Positions 1 to 9,238 of a DNA stretch of 42,022 bases are shown in pieces. Source of the DNA: an uncultured Anaerolineales bacterium (GTDB lineage: Bacteria; Planctomycetota; Phycisphaerae; FEN-1346); contig CAYGWP010000582.1 of the NCBI GenBank assembly GCA_964353455.1, positions 1 through 42,022 on the forward strand. Reading direction: 5' to 3'. Each line of letters starts with the position of its first letter. Position 1 is the first letter of the stretch. Both the position numbers and the translations under genes were made by a program. The notes under the pieces were generated by a model that saw only the letters and a program-made list of their open reading frames with translations, was not told where the DNA came from and did not search any database.

Positions 1-442
1 GCACGTAGTCCATCTCGAGGTACGACTCGGGGGGGACGGCCGACCGGGTCTTGTACCATTCGGGCGGGTCCTGGCGCGGCCAGGCGACGGCCTGTCCGGT
101 GTTATCGCGTTGGACCTTGGCATCGATGGCCCACTCGGCCAGCGCCCGCGCGAACGTGTCGTCGCTCCTGAGGAGTTCGGCCGCGAGTGCAGCAAGGGCC
201 GGCGTGAGGCCGCCTTTCCTGGCGGCAAGCGAGAGCCGCTCGCCGGCAATCACCGGGCCATCGCCGGCCGCGTCGGACAGGAGCGCCTTCAGTGCCGCGG
301 GGTCCTCGGCCGCAGGCGCGGACTCGGCAGCCGCGGCAGGGGCGGACTTGGCTGCGGCAAGGGCGGCCGTCGGCAGAAGGAGTGCGGCAAGCGCGCACGG
401 CAGGATTGTCGCTCGAGCCCGGTCGTGACAGCGGGCCGGCAT
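1..442 (-). CDS. Secreted protein, 5' part only (runs off the window)
   Basis: Not in the ORF track because it has no stop in the window. Read manually from ATG at 442: MPARCHDRARATILPCALAALLLPTAALAAAKSAP...SYLEMDYV. Open to the edge, GC-rich third positions, signal-peptide-like N-terminus. Confidence 0.7.
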   Translation of the reverse strand, partial: MPARCHDRARATILPCALAALLLPTAALAAAKSAPAAAAESAPAAEDPAALKALLSDAAGDGPVIAGERLSLAARKGGLTPALAALAAELLRSDDTFARALAEWAIDAKVQRDNTGQAVAWPRQDPPEWYKTRSAVPPESYLEMDYV

Positions 443-458
443 AATGCACCTCGTCAGA

Positions 459-1118
459 CTACTTCTCCCCCACCGTGAAACCTGCCATGTCAAAACCGTC
501 GGCCGTGGCGACGGCGGCGGCGGAGCAGACGGGTTTTTCGAGGTCAGCGAACGCGCCGCCATCGACGGCCCAGCGAGCGGCCTCTTCGGCGGTGGCGGCC
601 TGGAAATCGCTCACCAGTTCGATCCGCGGCTCGTTCGCCTCATAGGTGGCGAAGTAGAACGCCTTGCCGGCCGCAAGGGGCATCGCGCGGACCAGAAGAG
701 CGTCCTTTCGGACGATGCCGGCCCAGCCGACGTCGGCGCCAACGGCCACGGCGACGGCGATGCGCGGGGTGCTATAGTCGTCCTTTTCGTAGTCCAGAAT
801 AAGGAGCGACTCGGCCATCGCATCGCGGATGCTCATGCCGGAGGCGATCTTCTCGGCGATGGGGTCGGTCTGCGACCCGTTGGTGGCTACGGCCACGGGG
901 CGGCCCTCGGCGGGGCTGGCCGCCACGCGGACGGCGTTATATGCGATGTATGGATTCTTGAAGATATCTTTCTCGTGTCCCTCGATGGGGACGACCGCGA
1001 GGCCGCGCGAGGTCTTCACGGTACGCCGGTTCGGAAACGAGCGCGACGAGACGCGGTAAAGGACGGCGTTGCGGTTCTGGGGGCTACGGCCGACGGCAAC
1101 GATGCGTCCGACGTACAT
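459..1118 (-). CDS. purO: IMP cyclohydrolase, archaeal type (PurO)
   Basis: Motifs MYVGR, YRVSSRSFPNR, KNPYIAYN, TNGSQTD and DYEKDDYSTPRIA match the PurO/MJ0626 family. RBS AAGGAG upstream. Confidence 0.92.
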   Translation of the reverse strand: MYVGRIVAVGRSPQNRNAVLYRVSSRSFPNRRTVKTSRGLAVVPIEGHEKDIFKNPYIAYNAVRVAASPAEGRPVAVATNGSQTDPIAEKIASGMSIRDAMAESLLILDYEKDDYSTPRIAVAVAVGADVGWAGIVRKDALLVRAMPLAAGKAFYFATYEANEPRIELVSDFQAATAEEAARWAVDGGAFADLEKPVCSAAAVATADGFDMAGFTVGEK

Positions 1119-1144
1119 GGTGGCAGTCTCCTTGGTTGCGTGTG

Positions 1145-1168
1145 TGCGCGGCCCGTACGGGCCGCGCA
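1145..1168. repeat. Perfect 24-bp palindrome (possible hairpin or operator) between DUF502 and purO
   Basis: tgcgcggcccgt|acgggccgcgca. Confidence 0.6.
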
Positions 1169-1202
1169 GATATCTTGCCCCAGCGCCGCGCGAGCGCGCT
1201 CG

Positions 1203-1958
1203 TTACGGTTGCGGCTCGGGATTCTTGCCGCCCCCAGCCGACTCGGCGATGGCGCTGGCCTCCTCGTGCGTCACCTGGAGCGCGGCGGTCAGCGATTCGA
1301 CCCGCTCGGCGGGTGGCAGTATCACGCCCGCCGAGATGACATACTGGAACGCCTCATCGACCGAGATGTCGAGTTCCACCGCATCATCGCGGGCCACCAT
1401 CACGACGTACCCCGTGATGGGGGCCGGCGTGAACGGGACGAAGACCGACAGGAGTTCGGTGCCGGTGCGACTGCATAGCCCCTGGAGTCCGCGGCCGGTG
1501 ACGAAGCCGACCATCCATAGCCCCTTGCGCGGAAACTCGACGGCAACGACGCGGCGGAACTCGACCTTGCCCTCGGAGAAGAAGAACTCGGAGACCTGCT
1601 TGGCCCCAGGGTAAATCTTTCGCAGGATCGGCAGGCGGACGACGTACGATTCCATCAACCGCACCAGGCGCCCACCCAAGAACGTGCCGACGATGTACGC
1701 CACCAGGCACAGGAGGATTACCGCCCCGACGATGCCTAGCCAGTAGAGCCAGTAGGCGGCGTACCAAGCCTCGACCTCTTCGAGCGGGATGCGGGAGGTC
1801 CAGTGGACCGCGTGAATGATGAGCCAGTTGACGTGGCGGCCGGCGTACTGGTTCAGAAGATCTAGGCCGAGGCTGAGGACGACAAGCGTGAGGAGCGCCG
1901 GCAGCAGGGTGGCCAGCCCTCGCCAGAACGAACGCCGGATACCTCGGACAAGACCCAT
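1203..1958 (-). CDS. DUF502 family membrane protein
   Basis: Two N-terminal TM segments; motifs RLPILRKIY, VAVEFPRKG, VFVPFTPAPITGY, SVDEAFQYVISAG. Confidence 0.88.
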   Translation of the reverse strand: MGLVRGIRRSFWRGLATLLPALLTLVVLSLGLDLLNQYAGRHVNWLIIHAVHWTSRIPLEEVEAWYAAYWLYWLGIVGAVILLCLVAYIVGTFLGGRLVRLMESYVVRLPILRKIYPGAKQVSEFFFSEGKVEFRRVVAVEFPRKGLWMVGFVTGRGLQGLCSRTGTELLSVFVPFTPAPITGYVVMVARDDAVELDISVDEAFQYVISAGVILPPAERVESLTAALQVTHEEASAIAESAGGGKNPEPQP

Positions 1959-2069
1959 CGAAAACCCCTTTCGCGCGCCACTGTACCACGGCCGGTGCGG
2001 AATTGCAACGGCCGCAGCGCGCCGGCGATATCCACCGCATCACCCGGAGGCCACGATAGAAGAACATTC

Positions 2070-2092
2070 AGGCACAAGAAGGCACAAGAAGG
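2070..2092. repeat. 10-bp tandem direct repeat abutting a -35 box
   Basis: aggcacaaga aggcacaaga agg, followed directly by TTGACA. Confidence 0.75.
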
Positions 2093-2120
2093 TTGACAAC
2101 TCTGGGGTACAGAACATAAT
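2093..2120 (+). promoter_or_regulatory. Sigma70-type promoter
   Basis: TTGACA-N16-CATAAT upstream of the CDS at 2216. Confidence 0.65.
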
Positions 2121-2215
2121 ACTGAAATGCGGCCTGCGACGGTCGCGGGCTAAGGCCACGTGGGGAATCCCGGCTGGCACATCCGCCTCAACGATGACGC
2201 GTAAGGAAGTCCGCC

Positions 2216-3433
2216 ATGAACGCGAAAGTGATTCCCGCAATCGCCTTGCTGGTGGTGATTGCGCTTTGCATCGGAACCGTTTCGGCAGGTGAGCCTGGCA
2301 GCGCCAAGTGGACTCTCGCTGTCGGCGAGGAAGTTTGGGGCCTAGCCCTTGCGCCTGACGGTACAGTGTACCTCAGCGCGACGCACAAACTGCACGCGGT
2401 TTCGCCAGATGGGAAGAAGAAATGGGCCACAGACCTCGGAGGCCCGGACCACCACAACCCTCCGTCCATTGGCACGGACGGTACGGTCTATGTTTCCGAG
2501 AGCGGTGGATCACTTCATGCCATGTCGCCTGACGGAAAGGAGAAATGGCGGTACGATCACCCTGGCAAGGGGTCGAACGTCCTTAGCGAGCGCCTGACGG
2601 CCATACTTGGCCCTTGCGCAATCGGGTCGGATGGCACGCTCTACCTGAAATCCATGGATTGCACCGTGCATGCCGTGGGCACGGATGGGAAGAAGAGGTG
2701 GAGTTTGCGGTGCGGCATGTTGGGAACGGAAGTTCCCTGCCTAGCCAGCGATGGCACGCTCTACGTCGTTGGAAACGAAACCGAACATTGGAACCAGGGG
2801 GTCCATGCCCTCGATGCCGGCGGCAAGATGAGATGGTTTGCCAAGGTGGATAGGTATGTTGACGGCGCCCCGGCGGTTGGTTCGGACGGTACCGTGTATG
2901 TTGTCTCAAGCACCGATGAATCAACCGGCAAGCTTTTCGCGATCAGCCGCGACGGCAAGAACCGATGGGAGTTTAAGACGGGCGGCGGCAAGGGCGATCC
3001 CCTTCGCCATAGGTGCTCGCCCAGCATCGGCCCCGATGGCACCATATACACAGGCACTGCCCAGAAGGCTGGGGGACAGCCGGGAATCCTCTACGCGGTG
3101 AAACCCGATGGGACAGAGAAATGGCATTTCGCAACGAAAGGCCAGAACGCTGGACCCGCGACCATCGGAAAAGATGGTAACGTGTATTTCTGCTCGGACA
3201 ACATACTCTACGCCCTCACGACCGATGGGGCGAAGAAGTGGGAGTTCAAGACCGATGGAAAGTTCGCCTCATCGCCCACGATCGCACCAGACGGGACAAT
3301 CTACGTGGTTTCCGATAAGGGGACGCTCTACGCGGTCGAATCCAGCTCGAAGGGCCTGGCCGATTCTCCCTGGCCGATGGAAGGGCACGACTCCCGGCGG
3401 ACCGGCCGGGCAACTGGCGCGAAGACGGATTAA
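2216..3433 (+). CDS. Secreted PQQ-like (BamB-type) beta-propeller repeat protein
   Basis: Signal peptide; about 8 repeats of P-x-I-G-x-DGT-x-Y...LxA-x-x-x-DG-x-x-KW; C-terminal LADSPWPMEGHD..RTGR. More A/T-ending codons than its neighbours. Confidence 0.88.
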   Translation: MNAKVIPAIALLVVIALCIGTVSAGEPGSAKWTLAVGEEVWGLALAPDGTVYLSATHKLHAVSPDGKKKWATDLGGPDHHNPPSIGTDGTVYVSESGGSLHAMSPDGKEKWRYDHPGKGSNVLSERLTAILGPCAIGSDGTLYLKSMDCTVHAVGTDGKKRWSLRCGMLGTEVPCLASDGTLYVVGNETEHWNQGVHALDAGGKMRWFAKVDRYVDGAPAVGSDGTVYVVSSTDESTGKLFAISRDGKNRWEFKTGGGKGDPLRHRCSPSIGPDGTIYTGTAQKAGGQPGILYAVKPDGTEKWHFATKGQNAGPATIGKDGNVYFCSDNILYALTTDGAKKWEFKTDGKFASSPTIAPDGTIYVVSDKGTLYAVESSSKGLADSPWPMEGHDSRRTGRATGAKTD

Positions 3434-3841
3434 AAGAGTCTCCAACCTCACCGACGCCGAGGACGGCTTCCTCAAGGGCAAGCGAATCCTGATCCACGAC
3501 CGCGACCCGCTGTTCACCGAGAAGTTCCAGGAGACGCTCCGGGTGGCCGGCGTGCGGTGCCTCAAGATGCCCAGTGTAGTCCGAACTTGAATTCCTTCAG
3601 CGAGTCGTGGATACGGGCAGCGAAGAGAGAGTGCCTGGACAAGATCGTCTTCTTCAGCGAGCGTCAAATCCGCTACGTCCTCGAGCAGTATGTCTAGCAC
3701 CATAACCTTGAGCGTCCGCACAAGGGCCTGGAGTACCGCCGGCCTATGGAGCCGGACACGGCCCCGCCGCGCGACGGCCCGGTCGAGTGCCGCGAACGCC
3801 TCGGCGGCCTGCTGAAGATCTACTACCGCGAGGCGGCGTAG
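3434..3841 (+). pseudogene. Integrase core domain (DDE, rve-like) remnant: 5'-truncated, frameshifted, premature stop
   Basis: NLTDAEDGFLKGKRILIHDRDPLFTEKF...CLKMP, then a frameshift near 3575 to SPNLNSFSESWIRAAKRECLD...YV*(TAG 3695-3697)HHNLERPHKGL...VECRERLGGLLKIYYREAA*. Confidence 0.88.
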
Positions 3842-4073
3842 CCTCGGCTGAAACATGAAACCTCTGCTGTTTCTCAATGAATGCAGGGAGAAATGCCTCT
3901 GCCGAACAGGCGCGTCTCCGCGGCCGGCGCAGGCGGTTGCATCGGGCCGTCGGGATTCTTGGCCCGAAGGGCATAAGTTCTTGCGGTAGTGGTGCAACGT
4001 AGGTCCCCGATGCGGCTTACGCCGCTGCGTCCCATCTCTCCCAGAAGGCGTCTCTGATGTGAAGCGGTAGCGA

Positions 4074-4101
4074 GCGCGCGTAATGGGTCAGTTACGTGCG
4101 C
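4074..4101. promoter_or_regulatory. Inverted repeat, 10-bp arms and 8-bp spacer (operator or recombination-site-like)
   Basis: gcgcgcgtaa-tgggtcag-ttacgtgcgc (1 mismatch), just upstream of the mla promoter. Confidence 0.4.
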
Positions 4102-4124
4102 CTGCGAGCGCGCCCCCAATTTGC

Positions 4125-4153
4125 TTTGCACACCGGGGCAGGATGGGTATAAT
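4125..4153 (+). promoter_or_regulatory. Sigma70-type promoter for the mla operon
   Basis: TTGCAC-N16-TATAAT (perfect -10 at 4148-4153). Confidence 0.6.
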
Positions 4154-4209
4154 CCGCTCTATTCGGCCGGCTCCAGCCGGCGTAGTGTCAGAACAGGTCG
4201 GAACAGGCA

Positions 4210-4587
4210 ATGAAACGCACCATAGCGGTTGCGGTGGTGGTTTTCTCGACACTGGCGGCAGGCTGCGGGCCGAGCCGCGAGGAGACCCTGAAGCAACTCA
4301 GGACCGACGACCCGCGCGTCCAGACCGACACGATCGCGCGTGTGGCCCTGGCGGGCGACAAGTCGATGGCGGGCGAACTCATCAACCTCCTGGATAGCGA
4401 GGATGACGGCGTCCGCTTTATGGCCGCGGTGGGCCTGCACCGGCTTACCGGCAGGAGTTCGGGCATCATCTTCATCACGGAGCCCGAGAAACGGGCCGCG
4501 TGCGTCAGGGAATGGCGCGAGTGGCGGGAGGCCGAGCAGCAGCCCTCGGCCGCAGGCAAGGCGGCGGGGGCGAACGCGAAGCCGTAG
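4210..4587 (+). CDS. HEAT-repeat lipoprotein
   Basis: Lipobox LAAGC; HEAT-like LINLLDSEDDGVRFMAAVGLHRLTG. Confidence 0.8.
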   Translation: MKRTIAVAVVVFSTLAAGCGPSREETLKQLRTDDPRVQTDTIARVALAGDKSMAGELINLLDSEDDGVRFMAAVGLHRLTGRSSGIIFITEPEKRAACVREWREWREAEQQPSAAGKAAGANAKP

Positions 4588-4631
4588 CCGGCATTCAGCC
4601 GGTCGCCGCGGCGACCGCATGTGGAGCCTTG

Positions 4632-4994
4632 ATGATGGGTACACGTATTGAGGCCTCGGAAGACCTGACGCTCGAGATCCGCCAGGAGGGCGGCGCGACG
4701 ATCGTCTCGGCGCGCGGCGAGGTGACGGTCTTCTCGTCCCCCGCCCTGCGCGAGACGCTCCGGAAGATCACCGACGGCCGCCCGGCGAGGCTCGTGCTTG
4801 ACCTGGCAGAGACACGGTACATCGATTCCAGCGGCGTGGCCACGCTCGTCGAGGCACTCCAGACCATCCAGCGGTACAAAGGGCGGCTGGTCCTGACGGG
4901 GATGAACCAGCGTGTGCGCGGCGTGTTTGAGATTGCGCGCCTCGACAGCATCTTCCCGATAGCCGGCAGCGTCCAGGAGGCATTGAAGGCGTGA
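4632..4994 (+). CDS. STAS domain protein (anti-sigma antagonist / MlaB-like)
   Basis: LVLDLAETRYIDSSGVATLV...VRGVFEIARLDSIF. Start re-placed after the GGAG RBS; stop overlaps the mlaE start. Confidence 0.88.
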   Translation: MMGTRIEASEDLTLEIRQEGGATIVSARGEVTVFSSPALRETLRKITDGRPARLVLDLAETRYIDSSGVATLVEALQTIQRYKGRLVLTGMNQRVRGVFEIARLDSIFPIAGSVQEALKA

Positions 4995-5800
4995 GCGCCA
5001 CATCCCCTCTGCGGTGCCTTGAGCGGATCGGCTCTCAAGGGGAAGGGCTGTTGGCCTATCTCGGCGGGCTGGGGTACCTCGCGTTAGACACGCTGAAGTT
5101 GACCGCCCTCGGGATCTTCGTGCGGCCGCGCATCAAGGCCGACGAGACGTTCTTCCAGATGATCCGCCTGGGCGTGCGCGCGATCCCGATCATCGTCCTC
5201 GTGCAGACGTTCGTGGGCATGATCCTGGCGTTTCAACTCTCGCCCGTGCTGGACGACTACGGCCAGTTGGACAAGGTGGCCACGGTCGTCTCGGTCGCCG
5301 TCTTCCGCGAACTGGGGCCGCTCATCACGGCGGTGGTGCTGACGGGGTTCGCGGGCGCGGCCATTGCGGCGGAACTCGGAACGATGGTCGTGGGCGAAGA
5401 GATCGCGGCCCTGCGCACGAGCGCAATCCATCCCATCCGGTTCCTCGTCGTGCCGCGCGTCATCGCTTGCATCCTGATGACCGTGTCGCTGACGATCGTG
5501 GCCGACATCGTCGGAACGTTCGGCGGCGGCCTGGTGGACCGCTACGTCCTGATGCGCGACCCGACGGCGTATTACCACACGGTCCTCGACAGCCTGCTCG
5601 TCAAGGACGTGCTGACGGGCCTGATAAAGAGCGGCATCTTCGGATTCATCATCGTGCTGGTCTCGTGCTACGAGGGTCTGGGCGCGACGCGCAGCGCCGG
5701 GGGCGTTGGCCGCGCGACCACGCGCAGCGTCGTGTTATCAATATTCCTGATTATTGCGGCCGACTGCGCGTTCACGGCGATGTTTTACTTCTTGTGGTAG
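4991..5800 (+). CDS. mlaE: MlaE-family ABC permease
   Basis: RELGPLITAVVLTGFAGAAIAAELGTM; GVGRATTRSVV. Confidence 0.93.
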   Translation: MSATSPLRCLERIGSQGEGLLAYLGGLGYLALDTLKLTALGIFVRPRIKADETFFQMIRLGVRAIPIIVLVQTFVGMILAFQLSPVLDDYGQLDKVATVVSVAVFRELGPLITAVVLTGFAGAAIAAELGTMVVGEEIAALRTSAIHPIRFLVVPRVIACILMTVSLTIVADIVGTFGGGLVDRYVLMRDPTAYYHTVLDSLLVKDVLTGLIKSGIFGFIIVLVSCYEGLGATRSAGGVGRATTRSVVLSIFLIIAADCAFTAMFYFLW

Positions 5801-5862
5801 GAAACTCGCCCCGCAACTCGAAGATTCGACTCGGCGAACGGGGCGGCTGACCAAGAGCAACC

Positions 5863-6684
5863 ATGCCGACAACAAGCGAACCTGTTCTCGAACTTCGCAA
5901 CGTGCAGAAGTTCTTCGGCGAGCGCCAGGTCCTGAAGGACATCGAACTTCGGGTGGCGCCGGGCGAAACGCTCGTCATCATCGGCGTGTCGGGCTGCGGC
6001 AAGTCAACGCTCCTGAGGACGATCATCGGCGAAGAGAAACCAGACAGCGGCCACGTGTTCCTCGACGGCGAGGACGCCTGCTGCGCGGGGCCGAAGGACC
6101 TCGACCGCATCCGCCGCAGGTTTGGCATCCTCTTTCAGTCGGGGGCGCTTTACTCATCTATGACGGTGGGCGAGAACGTGGCCCTGCCCTTGCGGGAACA
6201 CTCGGACCTGGACGAGAAGATCATCAAGATGGTCGTCAAGATGAAGTTGGAGATGGTGGGCCTGAGGGACTTCGAGGACCTGATGCCGGCCCAGATTTCG
6301 GACGGCATGAGGAAGCGCGTGGGCCTGGCGCGGGCCATCGCCCTTGACCCCGAGATCCTGTTTTACGACGAGCCCACGGCCGGCCTGGACCCGATCGCCA
6401 CGGGGGCAATCGACCAACTGGTGATCGACCTCAGGACGAAACTTGGCGTCACGAGCCTTGTGGTGACGCACGACATGGAGAGCGCGTTCCGAACGGCCGA
6501 CCGGATCGCGATGCTCTATAACGGCGAGTTCATCGCCGTCGGGCCGCCGGGCGATTTCCAGAACCCAACGGACCCGCGGGTGCGGCAGTTCGTGAAGGGG
6601 CTGGCCGACGGGCCGATACCGCTGCGCCTGTCGAAGACGGATTACCTGTCGGACCTCATGGGCACGATGCCGGACGCCCCGTAG
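5863..6684 (+). CDS. mlaF: MlaF-family ABC ATPase
   Basis: Walker A GVSGCGKS; Q-loop FQSGALY; signature ISDGM; Walker B ILFYDEPTAGLDP; switch VTHD. Confidence 0.93.
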   Translation: MPTTSEPVLELRNVQKFFGERQVLKDIELRVAPGETLVIIGVSGCGKSTLLRTIIGEEKPDSGHVFLDGEDACCAGPKDLDRIRRRFGILFQSGALYSSMTVGENVALPLREHSDLDEKIIKMVVKMKLEMVGLRDFEDLMPAQISDGMRKRVGLARAIALDPEILFYDEPTAGLDPIATGAIDQLVIDLRTKLGVTSLVVTHDMESAFRTADRIAMLYNGEFIAVGPPGDFQNPTDPRVRQFVKGLADGPIPLRLSKTDYLSDLMGTMPDAP

Positions 6685-6713
6685 CGGCGGCCGAGAGAAC
6701 TTAGGAGACGGCT

Positions 6714-8006
6714 ATGCCTTATCGTCCGGCTCGCAATCGCGTGATTGCCGGAGCGTTCCTGGTGGCGGCGATGGCCGCCTGTCTCGTGGTGCTCATCCTG
6801 GTCGGCAAGTGGGACGTCTTCACAGAGGAGCCCCAGGGCCTCCACATCCGGTTCCGCTCCGCGCCGAACATCAGGGTAGGCGGCCCCGTGCTGCTGGCGG
6901 GCCATCTGGTCGGCCAGATCGAAGCGATCGCGCTGGTGAAGACCCCCTGCCCGCCCGGCGACAAGCGCGGCGACTGTTACATGGTGGACGTGCTCGCCCG
7001 CATCCCGGCCAAGTACGGCATCCGCAAGGACGCCCGCATCTTCATCTCGCAGGCGCTGGTGGGCCAGTCGGCTTCGCTGAATATCGAGGACGTCGGGATG
7101 GGCGCTGCGGTCACGGACTTCATTGAGGGCCGCGAGACCTCGGCCTTCGCCGGAGCGGGCGACGAACTGGCCGGCGCCATCGGCATCGGCCCCGAACAGC
7201 GCAAAGACATACAGAAATTCCTCGCCAACATGAGCAAGTTCTCCGACACGGTAAATACCGACGGCAAGGCAATCCTAGAACAACTCAAGGGCGTCGGCGC
7301 TGCCCTGAAGAAAGTCAACGACATACTCGATGAGAACCGCGACAACGTCAAGTCCGCCATCGCCAACGCCAAGAGCGCGAGCAAGAACGTCAAGAGCGCG
7401 AGCAAGAAGATTGATAAGGGCGCCGGCGAGGTCGTCGATGAAGTGAAAACGACCGTCAGGAGCGCCCGCACCATCGTCGAGGAGAACCGCGACGACATCC
7501 GCAAGGCGGTCGCCAACGTCCGCGGCGTCACCGAGAGCGCCAAGAAGGACATCGATAAGATCATCGCCAACGTCCGCACGGGCTCAAAGGGCATGAAGAA
7601 GGCCGTCGACGACTTCGAGTTCGTCACCTCGCGCGCCAAGGCCCTCATCGTCACGAACGGCGCAACCCTCTCCGGCACGCTCCAGAACTTCCACGAGACG
7701 AGCGAATACCTGAAGGCCCTCGCCAAGGAGGTCCGCCGCGCGCCCTGGCGAATGTTCTCCACGCCCGACAAGAAGGAGGTCGAGTCCATCAACCTCTACG
7801 ATGCGGCACGCGCGTTCGCCTCGGCCGCCACCGACCTCGATGGCACGGCCGACACGCTCGAAGTCATGATCGAAGCGAAGAAGCAGGGGATCGACGTTGA
7901 CCCGGAGGCCCTCAAGGGGATGCTGGACCGCCTCAAGGAAACGTTCAAGAACTACCAGCAGGCCGAGGATGGGCTGCTCAAGGAGTTCCAGCGCATCCAG
8001 AAGTAG
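6714..8006 (+). CDS. mlaD: MCE/MlaD-family protein with long helical C-terminus
   Basis: N-terminal TM; MCE motif IRVGGPVLLAGHLVGQI and ALVGQSASLNI; helical repeats (DENRDNVKSAIAN / EENRDDIRKAVAN); VRRAPWR motif. Confidence 0.85.
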   Translation: MPYRPARNRVIAGAFLVAAMAACLVVLILVGKWDVFTEEPQGLHIRFRSAPNIRVGGPVLLAGHLVGQIEAIALVKTPCPPGDKRGDCYMVDVLARIPAKYGIRKDARIFISQALVGQSASLNIEDVGMGAAVTDFIEGRETSAFAGAGDELAGAIGIGPEQRKDIQKFLANMSKFSDTVNTDGKAILEQLKGVGAALKKVNDILDENRDNVKSAIANAKSASKNVKSASKKIDKGAGEVVDEVKTTVRSARTIVEENRDDIRKAVANVRGVTESAKKDIDKIIANVRTGSKGMKKAVDDFEFVTSRAKALIVTNGATLSGTLQNFHETSEYLKALAKEVRRAPWRMFSTPDKKEVESINLYDAARAFASAATDLDGTADTLEVMIEAKKQGIDVDPEALKGMLDRLKETFKNYQQAEDGLLKEFQRIQK

Positions 8007-8098
8007 CATCGCGCGGCGGGTCTCCCCTGGCACGGCCCGCCTAAGGCGGGACGGCCGACCGGCCGCGCAAAACCGCGCAGGGCGGCGCGGGGGGCAGA

Positions 8099-9238
8099 AT
8101 GGATTACGACGTCGTGGTCGTCGGCGCCGGGCCGGCGGGCTCGTGTGCCGCCAAGTTCCTCGCCGATGAGGGCGCCCGCGTCGCCCTCATCGACGGCGCG
8201 CGATTCCCCCGCCCCAAGCCGTGCGCCGGATGGGTGAACGCCAAGGCGATCGGCGAGTTCCCGTTCCTTGACGCCGTGCGGCGGAAAGTGAAGGCGATGC
8301 CGTTTCGGCGCCTCGTGTTCCACTCGCCGGACCAGGCGTACACGGCCGAGTTCTCCTGCCGCGGGCACGCCGGCTATGTCGTCCGTCGCGAGAAGTTCGA
8401 TGCCGCACTCGTGCGCCTCGCCGAGAAGGCCGGAGCCCAGACGTTGCTTGGCCGCAAGGTTGTCACCATAGAAAGCGGCGAGAACGGCGTCGCGGCCGTC
8501 CTGGTCGGCGGCAAGCACATCGCGGGGCGCATACTTGTCGGGGCCGACGGCGTCCACAGCATCGTCGCCAGGGCCACGGGCCTCAGGCCGCGCTGGGCGC
8601 CCGAGCAACTCGTCTATTGCCTCTCGAAGACGCTGCCCCTGACGGCCCGCCGGCGGACCGCCTGTTTCGGGAACGCCGCCGTACACGTCTCGCTCGCGTT
8701 CGGATCGGCCCCCGGATACGCATGGGCCTTTCCGGGATCCGACTGCCTGAGCATCGGCATAGGTGTGCGCGGCTGGGACGCCCAGCGCCTGCGGCCGCTG
8801 TATGACGCGTGGGTGGCGGGGCTGAGGTCGCACGGCATGCTGCCGCCCGGCGCGAGGGCCGATAACCCCGATGGTGCTACCGTGCCGGCGGGGGCGGCGC
8901 TTGAGTTCGAGAGCCACGTCGGCAAGCGCACCATCCTCATCGGCGATGCCGGCGGATTCGCCTGCGCCGCCACCGGCGAGGGGATTTACCCGGCCGTCAT
9001 GAGCGCCTCGATCGCGACGAAGAGCATCCTTAAGGCACTCGAGGCCGACCGCACCAAGAAGAAGGGGGTGCACTGCCAGGACGAACTCCAGGCCTTCAAG
9101 CACCAGTGGCGGCAGCAAATGGCGGCATATCTACAGATGCCGAACGTCAACGTGACGTTCCTCCTGCCGCTGATCTACACGAACCAGGAAATCGCGAACC
9201 GATTCGGGCGGGCGTTCCTGTTCGGGGAAAACCTTTGA
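8099..9238 (+). CDS. Geranylgeranyl reductase-family FAD-dependent oxidoreductase
   Basis: YDVVVVGAGPAGS, FPRPKPCAG, RREKFD, GADG, GYAWAFP, GDAGGF, TGEGI. Confidence 0.88.
   Translation: MDYDVVVVGAGPAGSCAAKFLADEGARVALIDGARFPRPKPCAGWVNAKAIGEFPFLDAVRRKVKAMPFRRLVFHSPDQAYTAEFSCRGHAGYVVRREKFDAALVRLAEKAGAQTLLGRKVVTIESGENGVAAVLVGGKHIAGRILVGADGVHSIVARATGLRPRWAPEQLVYCLSKTLPLTARRRTACFGNAAVHVSLAFGSAPGYAWAFPGSDCLSIGIGVRGWDAQRLRPLYDAWVAGLRSHGMLPPGARADNPDGATVPAGAALEFESHVGKRTILIGDAGGFACAATGEGIYPAVMSASIATKSILKALEADRTKKKGVHCQDELQAFKHQWRQQMAAYLQMPNVNVTFLLPLIYTNQEIANRFGRAFLFGENL

Noticed and set aside
1119-1202. ZTP or purine riboswitch upstream of purO
   Set aside because: Only 84 bp with one palindrome; no recognisable aptamer consensus.
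3695-3697. TAG readthrough (pyrrolysine or recoding) in the integrase
   Set aside because: The same remnant is 5'-truncated and frameshifted, and TAG serves as a normal stop elsewhere in the window.
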